This document shows, piece by piece, positions 28,937 through 37,795 of a stretch of 64,000 nucleotides of DNA (position 1 is the stretch's first letter; each line of letters starts with the position of its first letter). The DNA comes from an uncultured delta proteobacterium. GTDB lineage: Bacteria; Desulfobacterota; Binatia; Bin18. Made by a program: the position numbers and the translations under genes. The notes below the pieces were generated by a model. It saw nothing but the letters and a program-made list of their open reading frames with translations. It did not search any database and was not told where the DNA came from. Location of the stretch: positions 32,001-96,000 of the forward strand of contig CAVTCR010000012.1 in the NCBI GenBank assembly GCA_963733195.1, in the 5' to 3' direction.

Positions 28937-29764
28937 CTAGACGATCTTTTCGCTCGGCGTGGTGATCTTGCGCATCGGCTCGTAACGCGCGGACGGTACC
29001 CGCAGGGGGTAGAGGGTATCGCCGCCATCCCAGTGCGGATCTTCCAAGCTATCGAACACCTCTCGCAAGCGCTGGCCCCAGGTGCTGCGGATCATCTGGA
29101 AATACGGGTTGCCGTCATCGATGCAGACGACCTGGTTGCTGCGCAAGGCGCCCTCGCGGTAGACGAGCAGGTCAAGCGGCAGACCCACGCCCAGGTTGGA
29201 TTTCAGCGTGGAATCCATCGACACCAAGGCGCACTTGGCGGCCGTGTCCAGCGGCGTGGTCGGCACGATGAGACGATCGAGCACGGGCTTGCCATATTTG
29301 GACTCGCCAAGCTGGAAGTAACAGGTTTCGCGCGTGGCCTCGATGAAATTGCCGGCTGAATACACGAGGAACATCCGCATAGCCTCGCCCTTGATCTGGC
29401 CGCCGAGAATCAGCGACGCGTTGAATTCAATGCCGGCGGTCTGGAACGCCGCGCCATCGTCGTGGTGTACCCGGCGCACGGTGGTGCCGAGCACGCGCGC
29501 GGCATCGAACATGTTGGTCGCGTTCCAGATGGTCAGCGGTTCCTCGTCAGGGCCGCGAGCGAGTCTCTCCACTTGCAGCAACTCGCGTATGGACTGCGCC
29601 ACGGACAAGTTGCCGGCCGACAGCATAACCATAAAGCGGTCATCTGGCTTCTCGTAGATCATCATTTTCCGGAACGTGCTAATCTGGTCCATCCCCGCGT
29701 TGGTGCGCGAGTCGGACAGGAAGACCAGCCCAGCATTGAGTCGGATGCCAATGCAATAGGTCAT
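28937..29764 (-). CDS. Anbu proteasome-type (Ntn) protease
   Basis: M-T-Y-C N-terminal Thr nucleophile, SDSRTNAG, FRKM, GESKYGKP, SMDSTLKSNL. Confidence 0.93.
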   Translation of the reverse strand: MTYCIGIRLNAGLVFLSDSRTNAGMDQISTFRKMMIYEKPDDRFMVMLSAGNLSVAQSIRELLQVERLARGPDEEPLTIWNATNMFDAARVLGTTVRRVHHDDGAAFQTAGIEFNASLILGGQIKGEAMRMFLVYSAGNFIEATRETCYFQLGESKYGKPVLDRLIVPTTPLDTAAKCALVSMDSTLKSNLGVGLPLDLLVYREGALRSNQVVCIDDGNPYFQMIRSTWGQRLREVFDSLEDPHWDGGDTLYPLRVPSARYEPMRKITTPSEKIV

Positions 29765-29848
29765 ATCGAATCTTCAGATCTTGTTTCCCATTTGACAACC
29801 TGTCGGTATGGGCAATTGAGACTCCCAGACTCCAGGACTCTCAGACTC

Positions 29849-30874
29849 CTAGACTATTTTTTCCTGCCGTTGCACACTGCCTTCGCTGCTACGTTGACTC
29901 TGAGACTTTACGGTAACAGCTCCACCAATCGGTTGCAAAGCAAAGAAAGTGTTAAAGATGCTCTCTCCAACCAGATTCAGTTTGGTTTGAAATGCATCGA
30001 GGAATTCATGGAGCCCTGAACCAATGATATCGCCTACTTGCGCATACGCTAACTCGGCTCGGAGTTGGCCCAGGTGCTGCTCGGCAGGATTACAGAAACT
30101 CCCAATCGGCGTGCTCGATACCGCATGGAGCGATTCGTCAGCCTTGATCAAGCAGTAGTGGAGCGAGCGAGGAAACTCACGCTCAAGCAGCAGAAATTCA
30201 ACAATGCGATCGGGACTCAGATCCTGGTAACGCTGGCGATACATTTCCAATGCGCTGGTAGAACGCAATACTGCTGCCCACTGAATATCATCGAAAGGAG
30301 TACCAACATCGGCAACCGACGGGAGTAAAAGAAAATACTTAACATCAACCATACGTGACGTTTTGTCAGCACGTTCAAGCAACCGACCCATGCGACAAAA
30401 ATGCCATCCTTCACTATGTGACATGGTTGCATTCGTCAGTCCTTCAAACAGATGACTGGCCATACGGATATCACGAAAGAACTCATATGGGGCTTCGCGA
30501 ACCCGAGTTGCCGCCGCTAAGTCATGGACCATCAGATAAAAGACGTTGACCTGCTCCCACATTTCTGAAGAAATGATTTCCCGCACCGATCGGGCATTTT
30601 CGCGTGCGACTCGGAGACAGGACAGAATTGAGTTAGGGTTCTCCTTGTCGAATGTCAAAAATTCCACGACATTCTCTCGCGTTGCCTCCTTGTACTGTTT
30701 GACAAAAGGGCCGTCATCACCAGTCGTAATGACCAGCGGTTTCCATTGTTCGCTCGCGCCCGCGGGTAAATCTAACATTAAGTGTAGATTGACATCGATG
30801 AAGCGCGCCACATTTTCTGCACGCTCGATATAGCGGCTCAACCAATAGAGGCTATCAGCAACACGCGAAAGCAT
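29849..30874 (-). CDS. Alpha-E domain protein (DUF403)
   Basis: MLSRVADSLYWLSRYIERAEN, RENARSVR, ERADKTSR, FPRS. Confidence 0.93.
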   Translation of the reverse strand: MLSRVADSLYWLSRYIERAENVARFIDVNLHLMLDLPAGASEQWKPLVITTGDDGPFVKQYKEATRENVVEFLTFDKENPNSILSCLRVARENARSVREIISSEMWEQVNVFYLMVHDLAAATRVREAPYEFFRDIRMASHLFEGLTNATMSHSEGWHFCRMGRLLERADKTSRMVDVKYFLLLPSVADVGTPFDDIQWAAVLRSTSALEMYRQRYQDLSPDRIVEFLLLEREFPRSLHYCLIKADESLHAVSSTPIGSFCNPAEQHLGQLRAELAYAQVGDIIGSGLHEFLDAFQTKLNLVGESIFNTFFALQPIGGAVTVKSQSQRSSEGSVQRQEKIV

Positions 30875-30883
30875 ACATCTCTC

Positions 30884-32321
30884 TTATCCGTACAATACCC
30901 AGGTATCTTTACTTCCTCCCCCTTGAGAGGAGTTCACAACTAGAGAGCCTTTCTTGAGTGCAACACGAGTCAGACCGCCGGGAAGTACATAAATGTCAGA
31001 GCCATACAAAATGTACGGTCGCAAATCGACATGCCGCCCTTCAAAATGATCATCAACGATCACCGGCACCCGTGATAAGGATAAGGTCGGTTGCGCGATG
31101 TAGTTGCGTGGATTGGCCCGAATGCGTTCTGCAAACTGTTCACGCTCGGCAGCAGTCGCATGTGGACCGACCAACATTCCGTATCCACCTGATTCGTTGG
31201 CAGCTTTGACGACGAGTTGGTCAAGGTGATCAAGGACATAGGCACGTTCTTTCTCATCCCAGCAGACATAGGTGGGGACATTGGGAATGATACTGTCTTC
31301 ACCGAGATAGTATTTGATGATCTTCGGGACATAGGCATACATGACTTTGTCATCGACAATGCCTGTGCCCGGTGCATTTGCCAACGCGATTCGTCCGGCT
31401 TTGTAGACATCCATCAACCCAGGAACGCCTAAGGACGAATCAGGCCGGAAGGTCAGCGGATCAAGAAAATCATCGTCGATACGCCGATAGAGGACATCAA
31501 CCTGCTTGAGCCCTCTCGTCGTGCGCATTTGGACCAGACCGTCAGCAACAACGAGGTCTCGTCCTTCGACCAGTTCCACTCCCATCTGTTGGGCCAAAAA
31601 CGAGTGCTCGAAGTAGGCCGAGTTGTATGTCCCAGGAGTAAGACACCGCCACGGTCGGGGATTGGATATACTCAGCCGCAAGCGCTTGGAGCATAGCTAA
31701 GAGATGACCAGGATAATCATCAACTGGCCGGACACGGGACTCTCCGAAGACTTGCGGAAACGTCCGCTTGAGAATCTGGCGACTTTCCAAGACATAAGAA
31801 ACTCCAGACGGACAGCGCAGGTTGTCTTCCAGCACATACATTTGTCCGTTACGGTCACGAACCAGGTCCGTACCAGTGATATGACACCACACGCCGCGAG
31901 GCGGGTTGAGCCCAACGCACGCCTGACGAAACGATCGCGCTGAATAGACGATCTCTTCAGGGATGATCTTATCTTTGAGCAGTTTCTGCTCATGATACAT
32001 GTCGTTGATAAAGAGATTCAGAGCGTACACACGCTGCTTGAGCCCCCGCTCTATCCATTCCCATTCTGCCGATTCAATAATGCGGGGAACTATGTCGAAA
32101 GGGAAAATGCGTTCTGTTCCTGAATTGTCACCATACACATTAAAGGTAATACCCCGGTGCAACAAAGCACGTTCAGCAGCCTGCTGACGCTGGAGCAGTT
32201 CACCCTTAGATAGTGAATCAATTCGCTGTTGGAGGAGGCGCGCGCCAGGACGAGGCTGATCACTGGCCGCGAACATCTCGTCGTAAAAATCCCCAGTGTC
32301 GTAACTGTGAAAACTCGTCAT
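30884..32321 (-). CDS. Circularly permuted type 2 ATP-grasp protein (COG2308), frameshift near 31640
   Basis: [53 protein letters not shown]. Confidence 0.93.
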
Positions 32322-32363
32322 AGTAAGTATCCCAGCGAAATACAGGAAATCCCTTAAAGGCAG

Positions 32364-32380
32364 AGCATAGGTCATGCCAA
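32364..32380 (-). promoter_or_regulatory. sigma54 promoter of the ATP-grasp/alpha-E/Anbu operon
   Basis: Minus strand TTGGCATGACCTATGCT, GG-N10-GC, about 40 nt before the ATG. Confidence 0.7.
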
Positions 32381-32494
32381 CAAGTCAATCAGCAAGAAGC
32401 TCTGAAAGTCTGGACCTGTGATCGCAAAAGTTCAACGATGGTAAGGAATTTCTATTAGATGGTTTTTTTAACCAAGTGAAGAGCTGAATCTTGA

Positions 32495-32533
32495 CGCATA
32501 AATCTTCAGCACCGTGTGCCCCATCTTTGGGCA
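32495..32533. promoter_or_regulatory. Pair of NtrC-like enhancer sites
   Basis: CGCATAAATCTTCAGCA (32495-32511) and TGCCCCATCTTTGGGCA (32517-32533), 22 bp apart. Confidence 0.55.
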
Positions 32534-32662
32534 CACGGACCTGAGTAAGGTCTCCAATCAATCTTGATTATTCCCATCCGACCTGCTCTGCTGTCGCCAA
32601 ATATCTCTCCATAAAAGGAAAACCTACGCATTAGGGCAATGGCATTCAGTTAAAGGAGCCCT

Positions 32663-32760
32663 TGTCATTGCGAGGGACGGAACGACAAAGTAATCTCCAG
32701 CAAAACAAGGATTGCTTCGCGAAGTTTATCCTGAGCTTAGTCGAAGGGCGAGCAATGACA
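32663..32760. repeat. Palindromic dispersed element TGTCATTGCGA...GCAATGACA
   Basis: Terminal inverted repeats with internal AATCT/GATTGCTTCG; second copy at 52005-52091. Confidence 0.6.
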
Positions 32761-32801
32761 CTTCTGTCGAACTTAACATCCTTGCCTATTTAGGGACGGC
32801 T

Positions 32802-35800
32802 ATGACGATCATTGAGGTACTGGATTTAGTCCGAGAGTTACTCCAAAGCAAAGGACGCATCACCTATCAGTTGCTCAAGTTACAATTCCACCTTGATGAC
32901 GAACAACTGGACGCAATCAAAAACGAGTTGCTCTTCTCATCTCCGCAAGTGCGAGACGAAGATGGACGGGGACTGGTGTGGGTCGGCGCTTCACCAATTC
33001 AAAGTTCAAAGTTTCAGGTTCCAAGTCAAGACACCGAACACCGGACACCGACCCCCGAACTTCCTCCTGTGAGCTACACACCTGCCCATTTGGCTGAGCG
33101 GATTCGCGCAGTGTCAGTGACCGACGGCGAACGTAAAACCATCACGGCGCTGTTTGCCGATCTCAAAGGCTCAACGGCATTGATTGAAGGGCTCGATCCC
33201 GAAGAGGCGCGCGCGATTATTGATCCCGCGTTGCAAGTGATGATGGACGCGGCCCATCGCTATGACGGCTATGTGGCTCAGGTATTAGGCGATGGCATCT
33301 TCGCTCTGTTCGGTGCGCCGCTTGCCCATGAAGATCATCCCCAGCGGGCACTCTATGCTGCGTTACTCATGCAGGAGGAGATGCGGCGATACGCTGATAC
33401 CTTACGCACCAAAGGGTACCCCCCACTGCTCATGCGAGTAGGCATCAACACCGGCGAAGTGGTGCTGCGCTCGATTCGCAAAGATGACTTGCATGCAGAT
33501 TATGTCCCAGTCGGCCATTCGACCAACCTAGCCGCACGGATGGAACAACTGGCTGCGCCGGGTTCGATCTTGGTCACTGCCTACACCCATAAGCTTACGG
33601 ATGGCTATTTTGCGTTCAAGGATTTGGGCAAGGCACAGATCAAAGGGGTCGAAACGCCGGTCAGTATCTACGAACTACTAGGTGCGGGGCCGTTGCGTAC
33701 CAAACTGCAGGTTGCCGCTCGTCGCGGCCTCACCCGCTTTGTCGGACGACAGAGTGAAATGGACCAATTGCACCATGCCTTGATCCAAACGAAAGCCGGG
33801 CATGGACAGATCGTCGGCGTGATGGGTGAGCCGGGGTTGGGGAAATCTCGTCTCTTCTATGAATTCAAACTGCTCTCCCAGAGTGGTTGTCTGGTGTTAG
33901 AAGCGTATTCGGTGTCGCATGGCAAAGCGACAGCGTATCTGCCAGTGATTGAACTGCTCAAGAGCTACTTTCGCATTGAGTCACCAGACGACGAACGCAC
34001 GCGACGGGAGAAAGTTACCGGCAAAGTGCTGACGCTCGACCGCAGCTTAGAAGACACATTGCCCTATCTGTTTGCCTTGCTGGGGATTGAAGAGCAACCC
34101 TCACCGTTGCAGCAGATGGATGGCCAGATACGACGGCGACGGACGTTCGAGGCGCTCAAGAAGCTGTTCCTACGCGAGAGTCTCAACCAACCGTTGATCC
34201 TCATCTTTGAGGACTTGCATTGGATTGACGGGGAGACACAAGGTTTCTTGGATGTGCTCAGTGAGAGTGTGGCCAGCGCTAGGCTGCTGCTGCTTAACCA
34301 ACTACCGCCCGGAATACCGGCATGAGTGGGGGCAGAAAACGTACTACACGCAGCTCCGTCTGGCGCCATTGGGGCGCGAGGAAGCGGAAGAATTCCTGGA
34401 TATATTGTTGGGTCATACCGTAGGGGCAGGCCTTGTGCCTGCCCAAAGCGAGGGCGCCCACAAGGGGACGCCCCTACAAGCTCTGAAACGCCTCATTTTG
34501 GAGAAAACCCAAGGCACGCCCTTCTTCATGGAAGAGATCGTGCAGGAGTTACGAGAGCAGGGTGTGTTGATGCCCGATTCTCTTGTAGGGGCAGGGCTTG
34601 CCCTGCCCACGGAGGGCGCAGCCAGCAGCGCCCCTACAAACATCCATATTCCCCCGACCGTGCAAGGTGTGCTGGCTGCTCGTATCGATCGCCTCGCGCC
34701 AGACGAGAAAGCCTTGCTGCAGCAGTTGTCTGTCATTGGCCGAGAGTTTCCCCTCAGCCTCGTGCGCCAGGTCATCGCTCAACCCGAAGCCGACCTCTAC
34801 CGGCTACTCGCGTCGCTGCAGCACAAGGAATTTCTCTACGAACAGCCGGCGTTTCCGGAAGTCGAGTACATCTTCAAGCATGCCCTGACGCAGGAAGTCG
34901 CCTATGGAACGGTACTCCAAGAACAGCGTAAAGCTCTCCATGAGAAAACCGCGCAGGCGATAGAAGTGCTCTACCAGGCCAACCTCGACGAGCACTACAG
35001 CGACCTGGCGCATCATTACAGTCGCAGTGGCAATGCCGCCAAGGCTGTAGAATATCTCAGCCTGGCGGGACAGCAAGCAGCGCGGCATTCAGCGAACGCG
35101 GACGCCGTCACCCATCTCACCGCGGCTCTTGCATTGCTCAAGACCCTGCCCGATACTGCCGCCCGAGCCCGACAAGAACTCACCCTCCACCTCAGTCTCG
35201 GCGCTTCATTGATGGCCACGAAGGGGTTTAGTGCCGCCGAAATGGAACACACCTACACCCGCGCGCAGGAGCTGTGTCTACAGGTGGGGGAGCCGCTCCA
35301 GGTCGCGCAAGTCCTGTATGGTCGGTGGGTATTTTACACTACGCAAGCAAATCACACCGCAGCGCTCGCCTTGGGAGAACAGTTTCTCAGCGTCGCCCAC
35401 CGACAGCAGGATGCCACCCTGTCCCTTGTGGCCCATGCCGTGGTGGGGGTAGCCTTGCTCTTTCTCGGAGAGTTTACCCGCGCGCAAGCCCATCTTGAGC
35501 AAGCCGTTGCTTTCTACGATCCTGAGCACCACCGCGACCTGGCCTACCAGATGGGACAGGACCCGGGGGTAGTGGCTCTGGGCTGTGCAGCGGAGACCCT
35601 CTGGTATCGTGGCTACCCAGACCAGGCCCTGGAGCGAGCCCGTCACGCGCACTCCGTAGCCCAAGCCCTGTCGCATCCCCTGAGCTTGGCGGTGGCGCTG
35701 AGTGCTGTTGGCTTCGTGCATCTGTACCGCCGCGAGAGCCAAGAGGCTCAAGCCCACGCGGAGGCGTTACTGACCCTCGCTCGCGAGCACGAGTTTGCAT

Positions 35801-36454
35801 TGTGGTTGGGCTATGGACCTAGCCTGCAGGGCTGGGCACTGGTCGAACGTGCTGCGCGGTCGGGGGCACGGGAGCAGAGAGAAGCAGGACTCGTGCAGCT
35901 CCGAGAGGGGCTGGCTGCTTTGCGAGCCATGGGGGTAGAGGTGTGGGTCCCACTCTTTCTGGGCGCGGTGGCCCAGGCTTATGCGCAAGGCGGCCAGGTG
36001 GAAGAAGGGCTGAGGGTGATCGCCGAGGCGCTGGCAATGGTGGAGAAAAATGAAGGACGCTGGACCGAAGCGGAACTGTATCGCTTAAAAGGCGAATTGA
36101 CGCTTCAGCAGGTCAAAGTTCGAAGTTCAAAGTTCAAAGTCGAGGTCCGCAACCGCATCGCCCGATCCCTGAGTCGATCCGCAATCGGAGGCCGAGGCGT
36201 GTTTTCTCAAAGCCATCGAGATTGCCCGGAAGCAGCAAGCCAAGTCCCTCGAACTGCGCGCGGTGATGAGCCTGGTCCGGCTGCGACAACAGCAAGCCAC
36301 GCATAACGCGCCACGTAACACGCAACACGAATCACGCACCAGGCTCGTCGAAGCTCACAAGATGTTATCTGAGGTTTACACTTGGTTCACCGAAGGGTTT
36401 GACACGAAGGATTTGCAAGAGGCCCAGGGGTTGTTGGAGGAACTGAGTGAGTAG
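32802..36454 (+). CDS. Class III nucleotide cyclase-STAND ATPase-TPR protein, frameshifts near 34290 and 36150-36180
   Basis: ALFADLKGST, LGDG, NLAARME; GEPGLGKS, IFEDLHW; FKHALTQEVAY; TPR helices ending WFTEGFDTKDL. Confidence 0.88.
34420..34477. repeat. GTAG-type REP element inserted in frame in the STAND gene
   Basis: GTAGGGGCAGGCCTTGTGCCTGCCC...GGGCGCCCACAAGGGGACGCCCCTAC, encoding VGAGLVPAQSEGAHKGTPL. Confidence 0.75.
34585..34637. repeat. Second in-frame GTAG-type REP element in the STAND gene
   Basis: GTAGGGGCAGGGCTTGCCCTGCCC..GGGCGCAGCCAGCAGCGCCCCTAC, encoding VGAGLALPTEGAASSAPT. Confidence 0.75.
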
Positions 36455-36469
36455 ATGGGTCTGGAAGCG

Positions 36470-36653
36470 TTAACGGATAACAACGTCGTAGTCATGCGGG
36501 AGAGAGAGGAGCAGGATAGAGTTACGACCCCGATCAAAAATCAGTCGAAAGTTGTCAAGCACATCCCTGCCCAGTACTGGCGTGTCACACGTTGATGATG
36601 ACATAAGGACGATGGATTCCATTGATGTTGTCATAGACCCCGCGGAAGACCAT
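36470..36653 (-). pseudogene. Retropepsin-like aspartyl protease remnant with internal deletion
   Basis: MVFRGVYDNINGIHRPYVIINV joined out of frame to PVLGRDVLDNFRLIFDR...*; the DTG core is absent. Confidence 0.55.
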
Positions 36654-36915
36654 AGACGCTCAGCTTTCGCTCCTTGGGGAGGAAAAACACCAGGGGGTCA
36701 CGATCGGGTTTGTGTTGCTTGGCCAACGTGTATGCAGCCTCGCGTGTCGCTGCGGCAAAAGGCTCCCCACCAACCACAGCGACAAAGAGCCCGGCGAAAC
36801 GGTTGTGTAGTTCCTGAGAATGGTCGGCGTACCACTGCTGATCTTCTAAGAGCTGGCGGGCTCGCCGGGCAGATTCTGGAGTCGCAAGCTCATCATGAGA
36901 GAATTGTAGTGACAT
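36631..36915 (-). CDS. DUF5678-like small protein (antitoxin-like partner of retropepsins)
   Basis: W...H..EL..RFAGLFVAVVGGE...A.T..AAY..A pattern; overlaps the protease remnant start. Confidence 0.6.
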   Translation of the reverse strand: MSLQFSHDELATPESARRARQLLEDQQWYADHSQELHNRFAGLFVAVVGGEPFAAATREAAYTLAKQHKPDRDPLVFFLPKERKLSVYGLPRGL

Positions 36916-37034
36916 GAAAATCTCCTTCACCCTCCCGCTTGTCTTCATCCAAGTTTGGGATAGCAGAGAGAGAGAAGAAGCACCATACCTGAGGTGCTGG
37001 CTACGAAGAAGATTCTCCTGACCGGCCCCCGTTC

Positions 37035-37610
37035 TTATCGTGGCGAACTACTCGCCTGCCCCAGCGGGGGAATAAGGCCCAACTGTCGCAGCATGCCCAA
37101 GTCGTCCCGCACGGCCCAGTGCTCTACCATTTTGCCTCCGGCAAAGCGGTAGATTTGGATATGCGACACCTTAAATGCCTTGCCGGTTGCCGGGATCCCA
37201 AGAAATTCACCTCGGTGGGTGCCACTCCACGTGATACGGCCTACCACCTTGTCCCCTGCGGCAATGACATCTTCCACGGTAAAGTGGGAATCAGGGAACG
37301 CGGTGGTGAGCGTGGTCACGAGTTGCTTCATATGCGCGGGGCCAGGCGGGAACGGCGGCGGCGCCGTCTCGGTGACTTGCACAAGTCTCACATGATTCAC
37401 AAAATCTGGCGCAAACAGCTCGTCCGCTACCGCCAGATTTCGTTGATTAAATAGTTCATCCCACATCCGTTGAAAGATGACCGTGTTCTCCTCTGGAGTC
37501 ATGGAATATGTCCTCCTTTCCATCGTTATCGCTATCACCACGGCCATTAGGGCAGCCGCTACGAACACCGGGAGTTTTCCCCAGTTTGAAAAGAAACTTC
37601 GATTACGCAT
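37035..37610 (-). CDS. SnoaL-like ester cyclase with N-terminal signal/TM segment
   Basis: EENT..F, AFPD..FTVED.IAAGDKV, GTHRGEFLGIPATGK, GKMVEHW; GGAGG RBS. Confidence 0.85.
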   Translation of the reverse strand: MRNRSFFSNWGKLPVFVAAALMAVVIAITMERRTYSMTPEENTVIFQRMWDELFNQRNLAVADELFAPDFVNHVRLVQVTETAPPPFPPGPAHMKQLVTTLTTAFPDSHFTVEDVIAAGDKVVGRITWSGTHRGEFLGIPATGKAFKVSHIQIYRFAGGKMVEHWAVRDDLGMLRQLGLIPPLGQASSSPR

Positions 37611-37753
37611 GATATTCCCTCCTTGTCTCAGTCTGAGAGTGCAGACCACATTGCATGAAGATCTCCTTTCTTGCCGCTTGGCATGTTGAGGTTGGTCCAC
37701 CTTGCCTTTCATTCCGTGTGGGAGAAGAATAGCGAACGCGAAGATGTGAAGTC

Positions 37754-37791
37754 GTGAGCAAACAGTGAGATTTTGGTGAGTTTTTGGTGAG
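37754..37791. promoter_or_regulatory. Four GTGAG direct repeats at 11-bp period (OmpR/SARP-type operator)
   Basis: GTGAG at 37754, 37765, 37776 and 37787 between the divergent SnoaL gene and the wHTH-STAND gene. Confidence 0.6.
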
Positions 37792-37795
37792 CACC

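Noticed and set aside
32322-32801. Upstream extensions of ORFs 31542..32375 and 32712..34325
   Set aside because: They run through a sigma54 promoter and a palindromic repeat respectively
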